Origin: an uncultured Gammaproteobacteria bacterium
GTDB lineage: Bacteria > Patescibacteriota > Microgenomatia > UBA1406 > GWC2-37-13
DNA: 64,000 nt
Assembly (NCBI GenBank): GCA_964392185.1
Contig: CAYMOO010000001.1
Location: forward strand, 24,060 to 88,059
Direction of reading: 5' to 3'
The translations under genes were made by a program, and so were the position numbers. Numbering within the stretch: position 1 is the stretch's first letter; each line of letters begins with the position of its first letter. This document shows, in pieces, positions 33,892-42,352 of this stretch. The notes beneath the pieces are model-generated. The model made no database searches, had not been told where the DNA came from, and saw only the letters and a list, made by a program, of their open reading frames with translations.

Positions 33892-36249
33892 ATGGACGCT
33901 ATCACTCTGAACGATCTTACAAGCGGACTTATTAGATTTGTGCTTGTCGTGATCGCTATTTTAATGTCTGCAGGCATTACCGGAGGGCTCTTGTATTTCC
34001 TCATAATTTATAATCGACTTAAAAAAAGAGAGGAAATATCTCTCGAAATGGTTACTCTGGAAGTAAAAATGCCCAAAGATAACGAGATTAAGATCGATTC
34101 CGCCGAACAGATGTTTGCCGCTTTGAGCTCCATTCAAAAATCGGGTTGGCTATCTTCAATTACCGACCTGGAAGATGTTCTTGCATTTGAAATCGTTGGG
34201 AGAAGAGCGGAGATACGGTTTTACGTTTCGGCACCGGCAAGACTTATAGATTTGGTTGAAAAAACAATCTATGCCTATTATCCTGCTGCCGATATAAAAA
34301 AAGTTGAAGAACCGAATATTTTTACCGAAAACGGTAAAGTAGCCTATGCGTTTTTAGTACAAAAAGAGGTGCCCTATATGCCGATACGGGTATTTAAAGA
34401 CTTACCCACAGATTCGCTTGCCGGTATAACTTCTGCACTATCTAAAATGAACGAGGGAGAAGGCGCAATAATACAACTTCTTATACGGGCAGCACCAGCC
34501 AAATGGAAAAGCGCCGGTAAGTCTTACGTGGCCTCAACAAAAAGGACCGAGGCCAACCCGGAGAAAGCAACATTCAAAACAGACCCCAAGGTCTTAGAGA
34601 AAATAGAGGATAAATGCTCCAAACCGAGTTTTGAAGCTGTGCTCAGACTAGTTGTTTCGGCCCAAACACAACAAATGGCCGATATCCATTTAAGGAATAT
34701 GGTCTCCGCATATGGCCAGTTCAATTCCGATCAAAACCGTATAAAAAAAGGGCGCATGTTGGTAAAAGGTGGATTCATGACCAATTTTATCTATAAATTT
34801 TTTCCCATCTTCCAGCCGCCTTTCTATAAAACTACCTCGATGTTCTCGAGCGAGGAGCTGGCTTCACTATTCCATTTTCCTAATAAAACGGTAGAAACGC
34901 CTCATATACAATGGCTAAAAGCGAAAACCGGTCCGGTACCTTCTGAGGTGCCGCAATCTGATGGTACTTATATGGGATTTGGTTATCACCGCGGTATAAA
35001 ACGCCCTGTTTATATCGATTATGAAGATCGCCGCAGGCACGTTTACATAATCGGAAAAACAGGTACGGGAAAGTCACAATTACTTATCGAAATGATAAAA
35101 CAAGATATAAAGACCGGACATGGTGTATGCGTGATCGATCCACACGGAGACTTGATCGATGAGACTCTTAGATATATACCACCACAAAGGGCTGAAGATG
35201 TAATATATTTCGATCCTTCCGATACCGAAAGACCAATGGGGCTAAACCTACTTGAAGCTTATAACGAAGAACAAAAGCACTTTATGACGACCGCAATTAT
35301 AAACCTTATGTACAAACTGTACGACCCTCAAAGGACAGGCATAATCGGTCCACGATTTGAGCATGCCGTAAGAAATGCCATGCTCACTGTCATGTCCGAA
35401 CAAGGAAGCACTTTTATTGAAATAGTCCGCATTCTAACCGATCAAAAATATGTTCAAGAATTACTGCCAAAAGTTCAGGACCCAATTGTACGCCGCTACT
35501 GGACAGATCAGATCGCTCAGACTTCCGATTTTCACAAATCAGAGGTCTTGGATTATATCGTTTCCAAGTTTGGCCGATTCGTAACTAACAAAACGATGCG
35601 TAATATTATCGGTCAGTCTAAGTCGGCATTCAACTTCCGTAACGTTATGGATGAGGGAAAAATACTTCTAATCAATCTTTCAAAAGGTAAACTCGGCGAA
35701 GAAAACTCCAGCTTCTTGGGATTGGTTCTCATACCGAAAATACTAGTCGCCGCTATGAGTAGACAAGAAATACCCGAACCTCAAAGACGGGATTTTTTCC
35801 TCTATGTCGATGAGTTCCAAAATTTCGCTACACCAGACTTCGCAACCATACTTTCAGAAGCCCGTAAATACCGTCTGAATCTTACGGTTGCCAATCAGTT
35901 CATCGGACAGATGGACGAAGAAGTAAAAAATGCTATATTCGGAAATGTGGGTACTATGATATCCTTCCGCGTAGGAGTATCGGACGCTTCATATTTACAG
36001 CGGGAATTTCAACCTATTTTCAACGAATCTGACCTTATAAATATAGAGAGATTTCATATATATATGAAAACGATAGTTAAAAACGAACCGGTACTACCTT
36101 TTTCTGTAGACGTAACCAAGGACATGGGCAAAGCGAAGGCAGAAGCCAACGAAAAAATCGCCCAAGCGGTAATACAACTATCACGATTGAAATTCGGCCG
36201 ACCAAGAGAACTGGTAGAAGCAGAAATCAGTCAACGCGCACGGTTGTAA
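33892..36249 (+). CDS. VirD4/TraD/TraG-like coupling-protein ATPase (T4SS DNA-binding-domain family) with N-terminal TM anchor
   Basis: 785-aa ORF with an N-terminal TM helix (VLVVIAILMSAGITGGLLYFLII). It has Walker A IIGKTGTGKSQLL and Walker B FFLYVDEFQNFAT. The architecture is typical of coupling proteins. Confidence 0.7.
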   Translation: MDAITLNDLTSGLIRFVLVVIAILMSAGITGGLLYFLIIYNRLKKREEISLEMVTLEVKMPKDNEIKIDSAEQMFAALSSIQKSGWLSSITDLEDVLAFEIVGRRAEIRFYVSAPARLIDLVEKTIYAYYPAADIKKVEEPNIFTENGKVAYAFLVQKEVPYMPIRVFKDLPTDSLAGITSALSKMNEGEGAIIQLLIRAAPAKWKSAGKSYVASTKRTEANPEKATFKTDPKVLEKIEDKCSKPSFEAVLRLVVSAQTQQMADIHLRNMVSAYGQFNSDQNRIKKGRMLVKGGFMTNFIYKFFPIFQPPFYKTTSMFSSEELASLFHFPNKTVETPHIQWLKAKTGPVPSEVPQSDGTYMGFGYHRGIKRPVYIDYEDRRRHVYIIGKTGTGKSQLLIEMIKQDIKTGHGVCVIDPHGDLIDETLRYIPPQRAEDVIYFDPSDTERPMGLNLLEAYNEEQKHFMTTAIINLMYKLYDPQRTGIIGPRFEHAVRNAMLTVMSEQGSTFIEIVRILTDQKYVQELLPKVQDPIVRRYWTDQIAQTSDFHKSEVLDYIVSKFGRFVTNKTMRNIIGQSKSAFNFRNVMDEGKILLINLSKGKLGEENSSFLGLVLIPKILVAAMSRQEIPEPQRRDFFLYVDEFQNFATPDFATILSEARKYRLNLTVANQFIGQMDEEVKNAIFGNVGTMISFRVGVSDASYLQREFQPIFNESDLINIERFHIYMKTIVKNEPVLPFSVDVTKDMGKAKAEANEKIAQAVIQLSRLKFGRPRELVEAEISQRARL

Positions 36250-36278
36250 AAAACACACTCTGCTATAATTCTAAAATT

Positions 36279-37019
36279 ATGATCCAAACATACCAAACTA
36301 CACTAACAGAAAAAAAAGAGCTTGTGCCCGAAGTATGGTACTTTAAATTCGTAATTCCTGAAACCCAAGAGCTTCAATACACAGCCGGACAATATATGAT
36401 TCTTTTTGTACCTCAGCCCGAAGGGCATTCGGTCAGACGATTATATTCGGTTCTATCCGCACCGCAAGGACAAAAATTTTTTGAACTAGTAATTAAACTC
36501 GTTCCTGGCGGTATCGCCTCAGAATACTTAAAAACCCTCACGGTTGGCTCTCGCGCCACATTTCAAGGTCCGGCAGGCGTGTTTACACTTAATCCGGGTG
36601 TTGGTCCAAAAGTTTTTTTTGCAACCGGTACCGGAATAACACCCATGCTCAGCATCATAGAGAAATACCTACCAGAGGTGCCTGCCGAAGAACATTTTTA
36701 TCTTTATTGGGGAATGCGTACTAAGACAGAAATGTATTTTCAAGACAAACTTATAGAGCTCGCAAAGAAATACCCTAATTTTCATCTAAAATATTGTCTT
36801 TCCAGAGAAACTGGATTGGAATCTATGTCAGAAATAGAGAGACCATACTGTGCTCTAGGTAGGGTAACTGCCGGATTTGAAGCCGATTTTAAAAACCAAG
36901 CAGAGCTCACAAAAGCACACTACTATATATGTGGTGGGCGGGATGCGGTTGAGACTTTACGCCAAATTTTGACTGAAAAACAAATCCCCAAGGAGCTCGT
37001 ACATTTCGAAAAATTCTAA
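36279..37019 (+). CDS. Ferredoxin-NADP reductase-like FAD/NAD(P)-binding oxidoreductase
   Basis: 246-aa ORF with the FAD motif RRLYSV (RxYS) and the NAD(P) motif FFATGTGITPMLS. Confidence 0.75.
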   Translation: MIQTYQTTLTEKKELVPEVWYFKFVIPETQELQYTAGQYMILFVPQPEGHSVRRLYSVLSAPQGQKFFELVIKLVPGGIASEYLKTLTVGSRATFQGPAGVFTLNPGVGPKVFFATGTGITPMLSIIEKYLPEVPAEEHFYLYWGMRTKTEMYFQDKLIELAKKYPNFHLKYCLSRETGLESMSEIERPYCALGRVTAGFEADFKNQAELTKAHYYICGGRDAVETLRQILTEKQIPKELVHFEKF

Positions 37020-37023
37020 AACA

Positions 37024-37437
37024 TCACCTACCGAGAGCTTTTTTTACTAAAGAATCGGCGTGGGTATTTTTTTCACGAAGAACATGTGTATACATAATAC
37101 GAACACCTATTGCCTGCTCTAGTGTTCTTATACTTAGAACCATCTCTTGAAGGTGTGACTTTTTCACCTTATACTCGCCATTCAGTTGGCGCACCATGAG
37201 TTGAGAATCGGAATACACTTGGATTGAAGTAATGCTATGTTTCTTAACCACCTCTTTTGCCGCTTTGAGCGCTTCGATTAGACCAGTGAATTCGGCAACA
37301 TTGTTTGTGGCTATACCTATTGCTCTACCTTCTTCCTTAATAAGGTTATCATTGAAGTATATTACGTAAGCATATGCGGCTTTTCCCGGGTTATTAAGAG
37401 AACCCCCGTCGGTATATATTGTGAGAGTATTCATCAA
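37024..37437 (-). CDS. rnhA: Ribonuclease HI (archaeal/RVT_3-like type 1 RNase H)
   Basis: 137-aa ORF with DEDD residues in context: IYTDGGS, NNVAEFTGL, VYSDSQL, NTHADSL. Confidence 0.75.
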   Translation of the reverse strand: MMNTLTIYTDGGSLNNPGKAAYAYVIYFNDNLIKEEGRAIGIATNNVAEFTGLIEALKAAKEVVKKHSITSIQVYSDSQLMVRQLNGEYKVKKSHLQEMVLSIRTLEQAIGVRIMYTHVLREKNTHADSLVKKALGR

Positions 37438-37443
37438 AGATGA

Positions 37444-38304
37444 TTATAGCTGACCGAGCTTTTCTTTTCTCTCGGTTTCTTCACGGACAAGATTGAGAAA
37501 TCTTTCGGTAGATGACAAACGGCGGTGTCCGACTATTCGGGCTATATATTCAAGGGATGCTCCACGCATCAGTTGATGGGCAATAAAAGTGTTTCTAAGG
37601 TCGTTGACGGTTGCATTGGTGATTTCCACCTCGCGGAAACAACGGTCGATAATTTGTCTAATATTTCTTATCAACAACTGCTTTCCGTTTCGCGTAATAA
37701 AAACGTAGGTCTCTTCCGATTGTGGTCGGATAGCTAAATATTCGTCTAGTGCAGTTTTCGCCGCTTTATTAAGAGGTACGTCACGTTCAATGTTCTTACC
37801 ATAAGGACGGATATGTAAATGATCTTCTTTTACGTCTTCCAGGTGTAATTCTGCCAGCTCTCCAATTTTTATACCAGTCTGGAGAAGTAACTCCACCAGA
37901 GCGTATGTGCGGACATCTTCCTTGGCTAAATCACGTAGTGCGCGATATTCAAGAGTGCTTAAAATTCTCGGTGACGATGGCGTAGATTTAGGATGGGAAA
38001 TATCCAGTGTAGGATTGTATTCAATCACGCTTTGCACTTTTAGGGTACGGAAAAATGTACGAATAGAGTTGAGCTTTCGGGAAGCTGATTTCTTTGTATA
38101 GTTCTCTTTTATCAGTTTTTCGATAAAAGCTTCTACGTCTTCTTTCTTTATCTCGCGCACATCGCTTTTTTCAAGCGTAGTAAAAAAACCTATAAACTGT
38201 TCCAGATCTTTTTTATATGCTATAACGGTATGATGCGACTTGTTTTGGCTCTTGAGTTGGCTTATAAACCCCTCAAGAAGCGACGGTAATGAGTACTGAT
38301 CCAT
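37444..38304 (-). CDS. XerC/XerD-like tyrosine-recombinase homologue with substituted catalytic residues (Tyr->Phe)
   Basis: 286-aa ORF with an N-terminal SAM-like core-binding domain (HTVIAYKKDLEQF). The catalytic domain aligns with E. coli XerD. TGIKIGEL has Lys for Arg-I. NDLRNTF has Asn for both His residues of the HxLRH box, with Arg-II kept. IVGHRRLSSTERF keeps His but has Phe at the Tyr nucleophile position (codon TTT). Confidence 0.8.
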   Translation of the reverse strand: MDQYSLPSLLEGFISQLKSQNKSHHTVIAYKKDLEQFIGFFTTLEKSDVREIKKEDVEAFIEKLIKENYTKKSASRKLNSIRTFFRTLKVQSVIEYNPTLDISHPKSTPSSPRILSTLEYRALRDLAKEDVRTYALVELLLQTGIKIGELAELHLEDVKEDHLHIRPYGKNIERDVPLNKAAKTALDEYLAIRPQSEETYVFITRNGKQLLIRNIRQIIDRCFREVEITNATVNDLRNTFIAHQLMRGASLEYIARIVGHRRLSSTERFLNLVREETERKEKLGQL

Positions 38305-38536
38305 AATAACCTATAATATTAGCACACCTGCCTCATACTTTCAAGTGTAAATTACAATTACTAAACATGCTTTCATCTGGCATAAAATGATCTAAAACGA
38401 TGTGTTTTGACCGTATAAAAATAGTAATATAACCTATAGATTGTAAAATAGTATGATTTATAAGATATGATGTTTGCGCTTTACAAAAAATGCTGCAATA
38501 GCTAAAATATTGCTGCATTAAGAATTTTAATTATAT

Positions 38537-38854
38537 ATGGCCGTAATTCATAGTGATCAAAATACATTCAAAAAAGATGTTTTGGAGGCTAAAAAGCCTG
38601 TTTTTGTTGATTTTTACGCTGAGTGGTGCGGACCTTGCAAGATGACATCTCCGATAATAGATGAGCTTTCGGAAGAAATTAAAGAGGTAACATTCGTAAA
38701 AGTAGACGTAGACAGCAATCAAGACCTAGCATCACAATATTCGGTTTTTTCCATTCCTACCTTTATGATATTCAAAGGAGGAAATGCCGTACACCAGTTT
38801 GTCGGCGCCATGGGAAAAGAAAAATTCATCGAAGAAATAAAAAAGGCAGGATAA
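38537..38854 (+). CDS. trxA: Thioredoxin
   Basis: 105-aa ORF with the WCGPC active site and VDVD...IPT(F) context. Confidence 0.9.
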   Translation: MAVIHSDQNTFKKDVLEAKKPVFVDFYAEWCGPCKMTSPIIDELSEEIKEVTFVKVDVDSNQDLASQYSVFSIPTFMIFKGGNAVHQFVGAMGKEKFIEEIKKAG

Positions 38855-39307
38855 TCAATAAAATCTTCCGATCTCGCGATTTAACACTCTTTTCATAAAT
38901 TTTAGTACGCCTTCATGGGTTTTGCTAAATTGGTGCTTTGTTTGCTCCATAATATAAAAGCTCAGAGTTCCTAGCCACCTGACAGATTCGTGCACTGGTT
39001 GCTTCATGGCGGTTGGTATTTTGTTTTGACTCATAGGTAGCTTTACCGTGTGATAATTGGGGAATTTAACAGCCGCATCTGATCTTACTCCGGCTTTTGC
39101 GATATCAGGCGCGATATTGGGAACGTCGGGCTTCTCTTCAACATATTGCTTAACCTGAGAATCTTCTATTTTATGCTCGACGACTTCACTCAGCGAAACC
39201 ATTTCTTGCCGTCGCACCGGCTCGGCCTCCGCCGAGGAGTGACTACTAGCGGAGTAGTTGGCAATTTTTAGCGGTGTGCTGTTTGGTTTTCTGTTGTCGT
39301 CATTCAT
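38855..39307 (-). CDS. Hypothetical protein (second gene of the riboswitch-controlled pair)
   Basis: 150-aa ORF on the same strand, 30 nt downstream of the 445-aa ORF. No motif recognised. Confidence 0.4.
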   Translation of the reverse strand: MNDDNRKPNSTPLKIANYSASSHSSAEAEPVRRQEMVSLSEVVEHKIEDSQVKQYVEEKPDVPNIAPDIAKAGVRSDAAVKFPNYHTVKLPMSQNKIPTAMKQPVHESVRWLGTLSFYIMEQTKHQFSKTHEGVLKFMKRVLNREIGRFY

Positions 39308-39337
39308 TAAGTTATTATATCTAAATCGGACGTTCGA

Positions 39338-40675
39338 TTAATCACAATCTATATTCGTCTTCTCTTTGAACTCATCTTTTGTCAAACCACATGTGGGGCA
39401 TATCTCGATGCCGTATCCTGACGGTATCGGACAGCCGCAACCACCGAATACAAAATCCGGACAATGAAAATGATCCTCAAGACTATTACAACCAGGAACT
39501 CCGCAAATTGAAAATAGTCCCGCTCCCAATAATCTAGTCATCTCATTTTGATACAATCTGCCGAATGATGACCAACTGTTTAACCCGTACTGATAGTCAC
39601 CATTGCTGGAAGATAAAAATCTATCGAGCGACCCAGCACTAACACTATTTCCTCCACATGATCCGGCAAGCTCTAACATCTGTATATTATTTATCTGTGC
39701 AAAATATTTCATGGTTAAAAAATACGCGTCGTCGACTATTTTTTGGGACCATCTCGAGTTGTCAGATATCTTAAGATCTGAAATTACCTTTTCAACAATC
39801 ATTTCTTTATGGTCCATCCCTTCGTATGCATCTCCGAACTTATCCCGTAATGAATCACTGATGGCCGCCACTGTAAAATGTTCATTGAAATGATTGGTGT
39901 AGCCAACCCTATCTCCGAATTCGTCTTTGATGGTATCCAAATAATCATTAACATCTAAGCCTGTTACAGCCGGTTGCCGCAAATACCAAAGTACTTTCGA
40001 GGATTTTATAACCTCTTCATCCGAAAAATCCGCTCTTAATTTTCCCAAACGAGATAATTCGAAAAAATACTCGTCTATGTAATCTGGCGGAGTGTGAGAA
40101 ATACCGAAACGATTCAAAATATCTACGCTTAAATCTTCTGCCGACCAAGTAACTGCTGAAGAATAGACTATATCTTTGGCGATGTCGTAATAGAGATGGT
40201 AAAACTGTGTTGTGTTGTATTCGATTTTATTAAATTCATTATGTGGATCGTCATCATAACCAGCTTTTCCGGGCAAACTCAAAGACAAAATCATTTTTCC
40301 CGGATTGAGCTTAGCCAGTCTGGTGCTCTCCCTGAATGCTTGAAGAGGTAAACCACCACGTTCTCCCAAATCGAACTGTTTCGCCATGGACGATTCCTCT
40401 GACCGATTTTGATTGCTGTAGACGTTGAAATAATCCGGATATTTATTTCCATAATACATCTGAAACACCGGCGAAACGGATTCATCTTTAAGAACTTCGT
40501 GTGTGAGAAAGTTAAGGTTTGCGATCAGCTCATTTCTGGCATCCTCAGCCGAATTTTCAGCAACGGTAGCTAATCTAAGGGATTCCTTTTTCCCGTCAAA
40601 ACCATAACGAACTAAGGCATCTATCATAAGATTCCCTGTACGGGGATATACACAAGGTTCGGTCTTCGGACTCAT
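39338..40675 (-). CDS. Hypothetical 445-aa protein with C-terminal Cys/His-rich metal-binding cluster, directly downstream of a cobalamin riboswitch
   Basis: It has no signal peptide. The C-terminus reads CGVPGCNSLEDHFHCPDFVFGGCGCPIPSGYGIEICPTCG. No family is recognised. The GAGG Shine-Dalgarno lies 9 nt upstream of the ATG, inside the riboswitch expression platform. Confidence 0.55.
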   Translation of the reverse strand: MSPKTEPCVYPRTGNLMIDALVRYGFDGKKESLRLATVAENSAEDARNELIANLNFLTHEVLKDESVSPVFQMYYGNKYPDYFNVYSNQNRSEESSMAKQFDLGERGGLPLQAFRESTRLAKLNPGKMILSLSLPGKAGYDDDPHNEFNKIEYNTTQFYHLYYDIAKDIVYSSAVTWSAEDLSVDILNRFGISHTPPDYIDEYFFELSRLGKLRADFSDEEVIKSSKVLWYLRQPAVTGLDVNDYLDTIKDEFGDRVGYTNHFNEHFTVAAISDSLRDKFGDAYEGMDHKEMIVEKVISDLKISDNSRWSQKIVDDAYFLTMKYFAQINNIQMLELAGSCGGNSVSAGSLDRFLSSSNGDYQYGLNSWSSFGRLYQNEMTRLLGAGLFSICGVPGCNSLEDHFHCPDFVFGGCGCPIPSGYGIEICPTCGLTKDEFKEKTNIDCD

Positions 40676-40679
40676 ACTT

Positions 40680-40815
40680 ATTTGCCTCGAGTTTACGAGA
40701 GACTAATAAGTACACACCGCTGCGTCACAGTTCGGGATTCACACCCGATTCCCATTTGTCACGCCTAAATTTGGCGCGATCAGTCTTCCCGTTCGTCTAA
40801 GAGGCGAACAGTGAC
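40680..40815 (-). promoter_or_regulatory. Cobalamin (B12) riboswitch
   Basis: The minus strand at 40753-40715 reads GGGAAUCGGGUGUGAAUCCCGAACUGUGACGCAGCGGUG. It matches nearly position for position the conserved core of the E. coli btuB leader as I recall it (GGGAAUCCAGUGCGAAUCUGGAGCUGACGCGCAGCGGU). The 3' platform is a two-tier helix in which 40705-40711 pairs with 40676-40682 and 40696-40700 pairs with 40685-40689. This helix sequesters the GAGG Shine-Dalgarno. B12-related genes lie immediately upstream. Confidence 0.7.
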
Positions 40816-40817
40816 TG

Positions 40818-41357
40818 TCAACCTTGGTTACTAATGTTTAATCTACTTAATAACTTCGAACTTACGCTGTCTGCGAACTTTAATCCATAAAATAAACCGA
40901 AAGAAAAAAATAGATCGCCAATTAAATTATTTCTAAAAAAAGGAATTCCCATAACATAAGAGCTTATGAGCCCTTGAGTGTTTTTAGCATAAATAGTGCC
41001 AGTGGACCATACGCCGTAATTTGTTATAAGAAAAAACAATACGGAAGATGTTAGGGAATATCCAACCAGCTTGGACAACGAAGGGTTGGCTTTTAACATT
41101 ATTCCCAACATAATCACGATTAAAAAACTGCCGTAAACGTAGGGAATTGTCGCATGCAAACCAATAATCAAATCGGAAACAATCATCGCAACTAACGGAA
41201 CCAAAAACTTTGCTTTACCGCTAAAATGAGCTCCGCTGAACAAAGCCAGAGCCGCAATCGGAGTAAAATTCGGGGGGTGAGGAATGACACGTGCGACAAT
41301 TGCCCCTATAATAAAAACTCCCATCAATATTGGTGAAAATTTTCTCTTATTAAACAT
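40818..41357 (-). CDS. Small polytopic membrane protein (ECF S-component-like/DUF6580-like), candidate corrinoid uptake component
   Basis: About 179 aa from the ATG at 41357 (MFNKRK). The ORF-track start overlaps the upstream gene. It has 5-6 TM helices and an IPHPPNFTPIAALALFSG motif. The functional suggestion rests on context only (pduO and DUF4430 upstream, B12 riboswitch downstream). Confidence 0.5.
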   Translation of the reverse strand: MFNKRKFSPILMGVFIIGAIVARVIPHPPNFTPIAALALFSGAHFSGKAKFLVPLVAMIVSDLIIGLHATIPYVYGSFLIVIMLGIMLKANPSLSKLVGYSLTSSVLFFLITNYGVWSTGTIYAKNTQGLISSYVMGIPFFRNNLIGDLFFSFGLFYGLKFADSVSSKLLSRLNISNQG

Positions 41358-41365
41358 AAAATTTA

Positions 41366-41782
41366 TTAATAATATTCCAATTTCCATTCGACCACGTCTC
41401 CGTCCTTCAATATATAACTTCCCGCACCAACTTCCGCTTGCTTTCCATTCACGTAAAATGCCCAAAATTCTCTAGACGCATCTTTTGCTTCGCGACCGTT
41501 TATGGCGGTGATAAATGAATTAGCACCTTCACCCTTCTTCGCGATCTTCGATGCTGATGCAAGTAGATCAAGTGCGTTTGTGCCCGGCTTGACTGCCGAT
41601 TCGCCCAGATCGGTTTTTATTTTTTTAGATTCAATAATTCTCTGGGTGACCTTGATCGTGTTTGTTTTTTCTTTTTTTTCTGTCTTTAAAATTGCTTTAT
41701 TATCACCAAGGTCGCTATGGTAGGCAAAATAACCGACACCGATAAGAATTAATAAAGCAATTACGACTAGATTTCGCTTCAT
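41366..41782 (-). CDS. DUF4430 domain protein (transcobalamin-like beta domain), membrane-anchored
   Basis: 138-aa ORF with an N-terminal TM helix. The C-terminal FITAINGREAKDASREFWAFYVNGKQAEVGAGSYILKDGDVVEWKL matches the DUF4430 pattern (W.y.vNG....ga....l.dGD.i.w). Confidence 0.65.
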   Translation of the reverse strand: MKRNLVVIALLILIGVGYFAYHSDLGDNKAILKTEKKEKTNTIKVTQRIIESKKIKTDLGESAVKPGTNALDLLASASKIAKKGEGANSFITAINGREAKDASREFWAFYVNGKQAEVGAGSYILKDGDVVEWKLEYY

Positions 41783-41786
41783 GGAT

Positions 41787-42302
41787 TTAGGTAATGAATT
41801 CTCGGCCTTTATTATACCATCTCGCCAAAGTAAACAAAAAATCCGAAAGCCTATTCATATACTGCACAATGTGCTCTCCATTACCTTTCAGGTCTTTGGC
41901 ATAAACAACAACCACCGATCGCTCGGCACGACGACATACTCCACGCACGATGTGTAACCTGGACGACGCCTCACTCCCACCGGGAAGAATAAATCTGTTG
42001 AGCTTCGGAAGGGCCTTCTCCATTTTGTCTATCTTGGTTTCGAACTCAACCGCTCGTGAATTAAGCACGACAACCGATTGCTTCGACCCGGCTATGACAG
42101 CCATGACAAGATATAGGTCTTTTTGCACTTCCGTGAGAAAAACCTGCATATCACTATCAAGTGGCAGGCTTGCCCAACCCAAGAAGCTCGTCAACTCATC
42201 TATTTGCCCACCCGCCTCTATCCTCGCATCGGCTTTAGAGACCCTTTCTCCGCCAAACAAGGCGGTTGTCCCGTCATCGCCAGTTTTTGTATATATAGGC
42301 AT
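41787..42302 (-). CDS. pduO: ATP:cob(I)alamin adenosyltransferase, PduO type
   Basis: 171-aa ORF with the N-terminal IYTKTGDDGTTALFGGERVSK signature and RRAERS. Confidence 0.85.
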   Translation of the reverse strand: MPIYTKTGDDGTTALFGGERVSKADARIEAGGQIDELTSFLGWASLPLDSDMQVFLTEVQKDLYLVMAVIAGSKQSVVVLNSRAVEFETKIDKMEKALPKLNRFILPGGSEASSRLHIVRGVCRRAERSVVVVYAKDLKGNGEHIVQYMNRLSDFLFTLARWYNKGREFIT

Positions 42303-42352
42303 AGAGGCTAAAAATCGATCGATTTGGTCATAATTATTAACTCGCTAATTTT

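Noticed and set aside
37024-38536. The Xer-like gene plus RNase HI as the integrase module of a mobile element or prophage
   Set aside because: I found no flanking direct repeats, no tRNA target, and no phage, transposase or cargo genes. The neighbours are housekeeping genes (thioredoxin, FNR-like). The recombinase also lacks its nucleophile.
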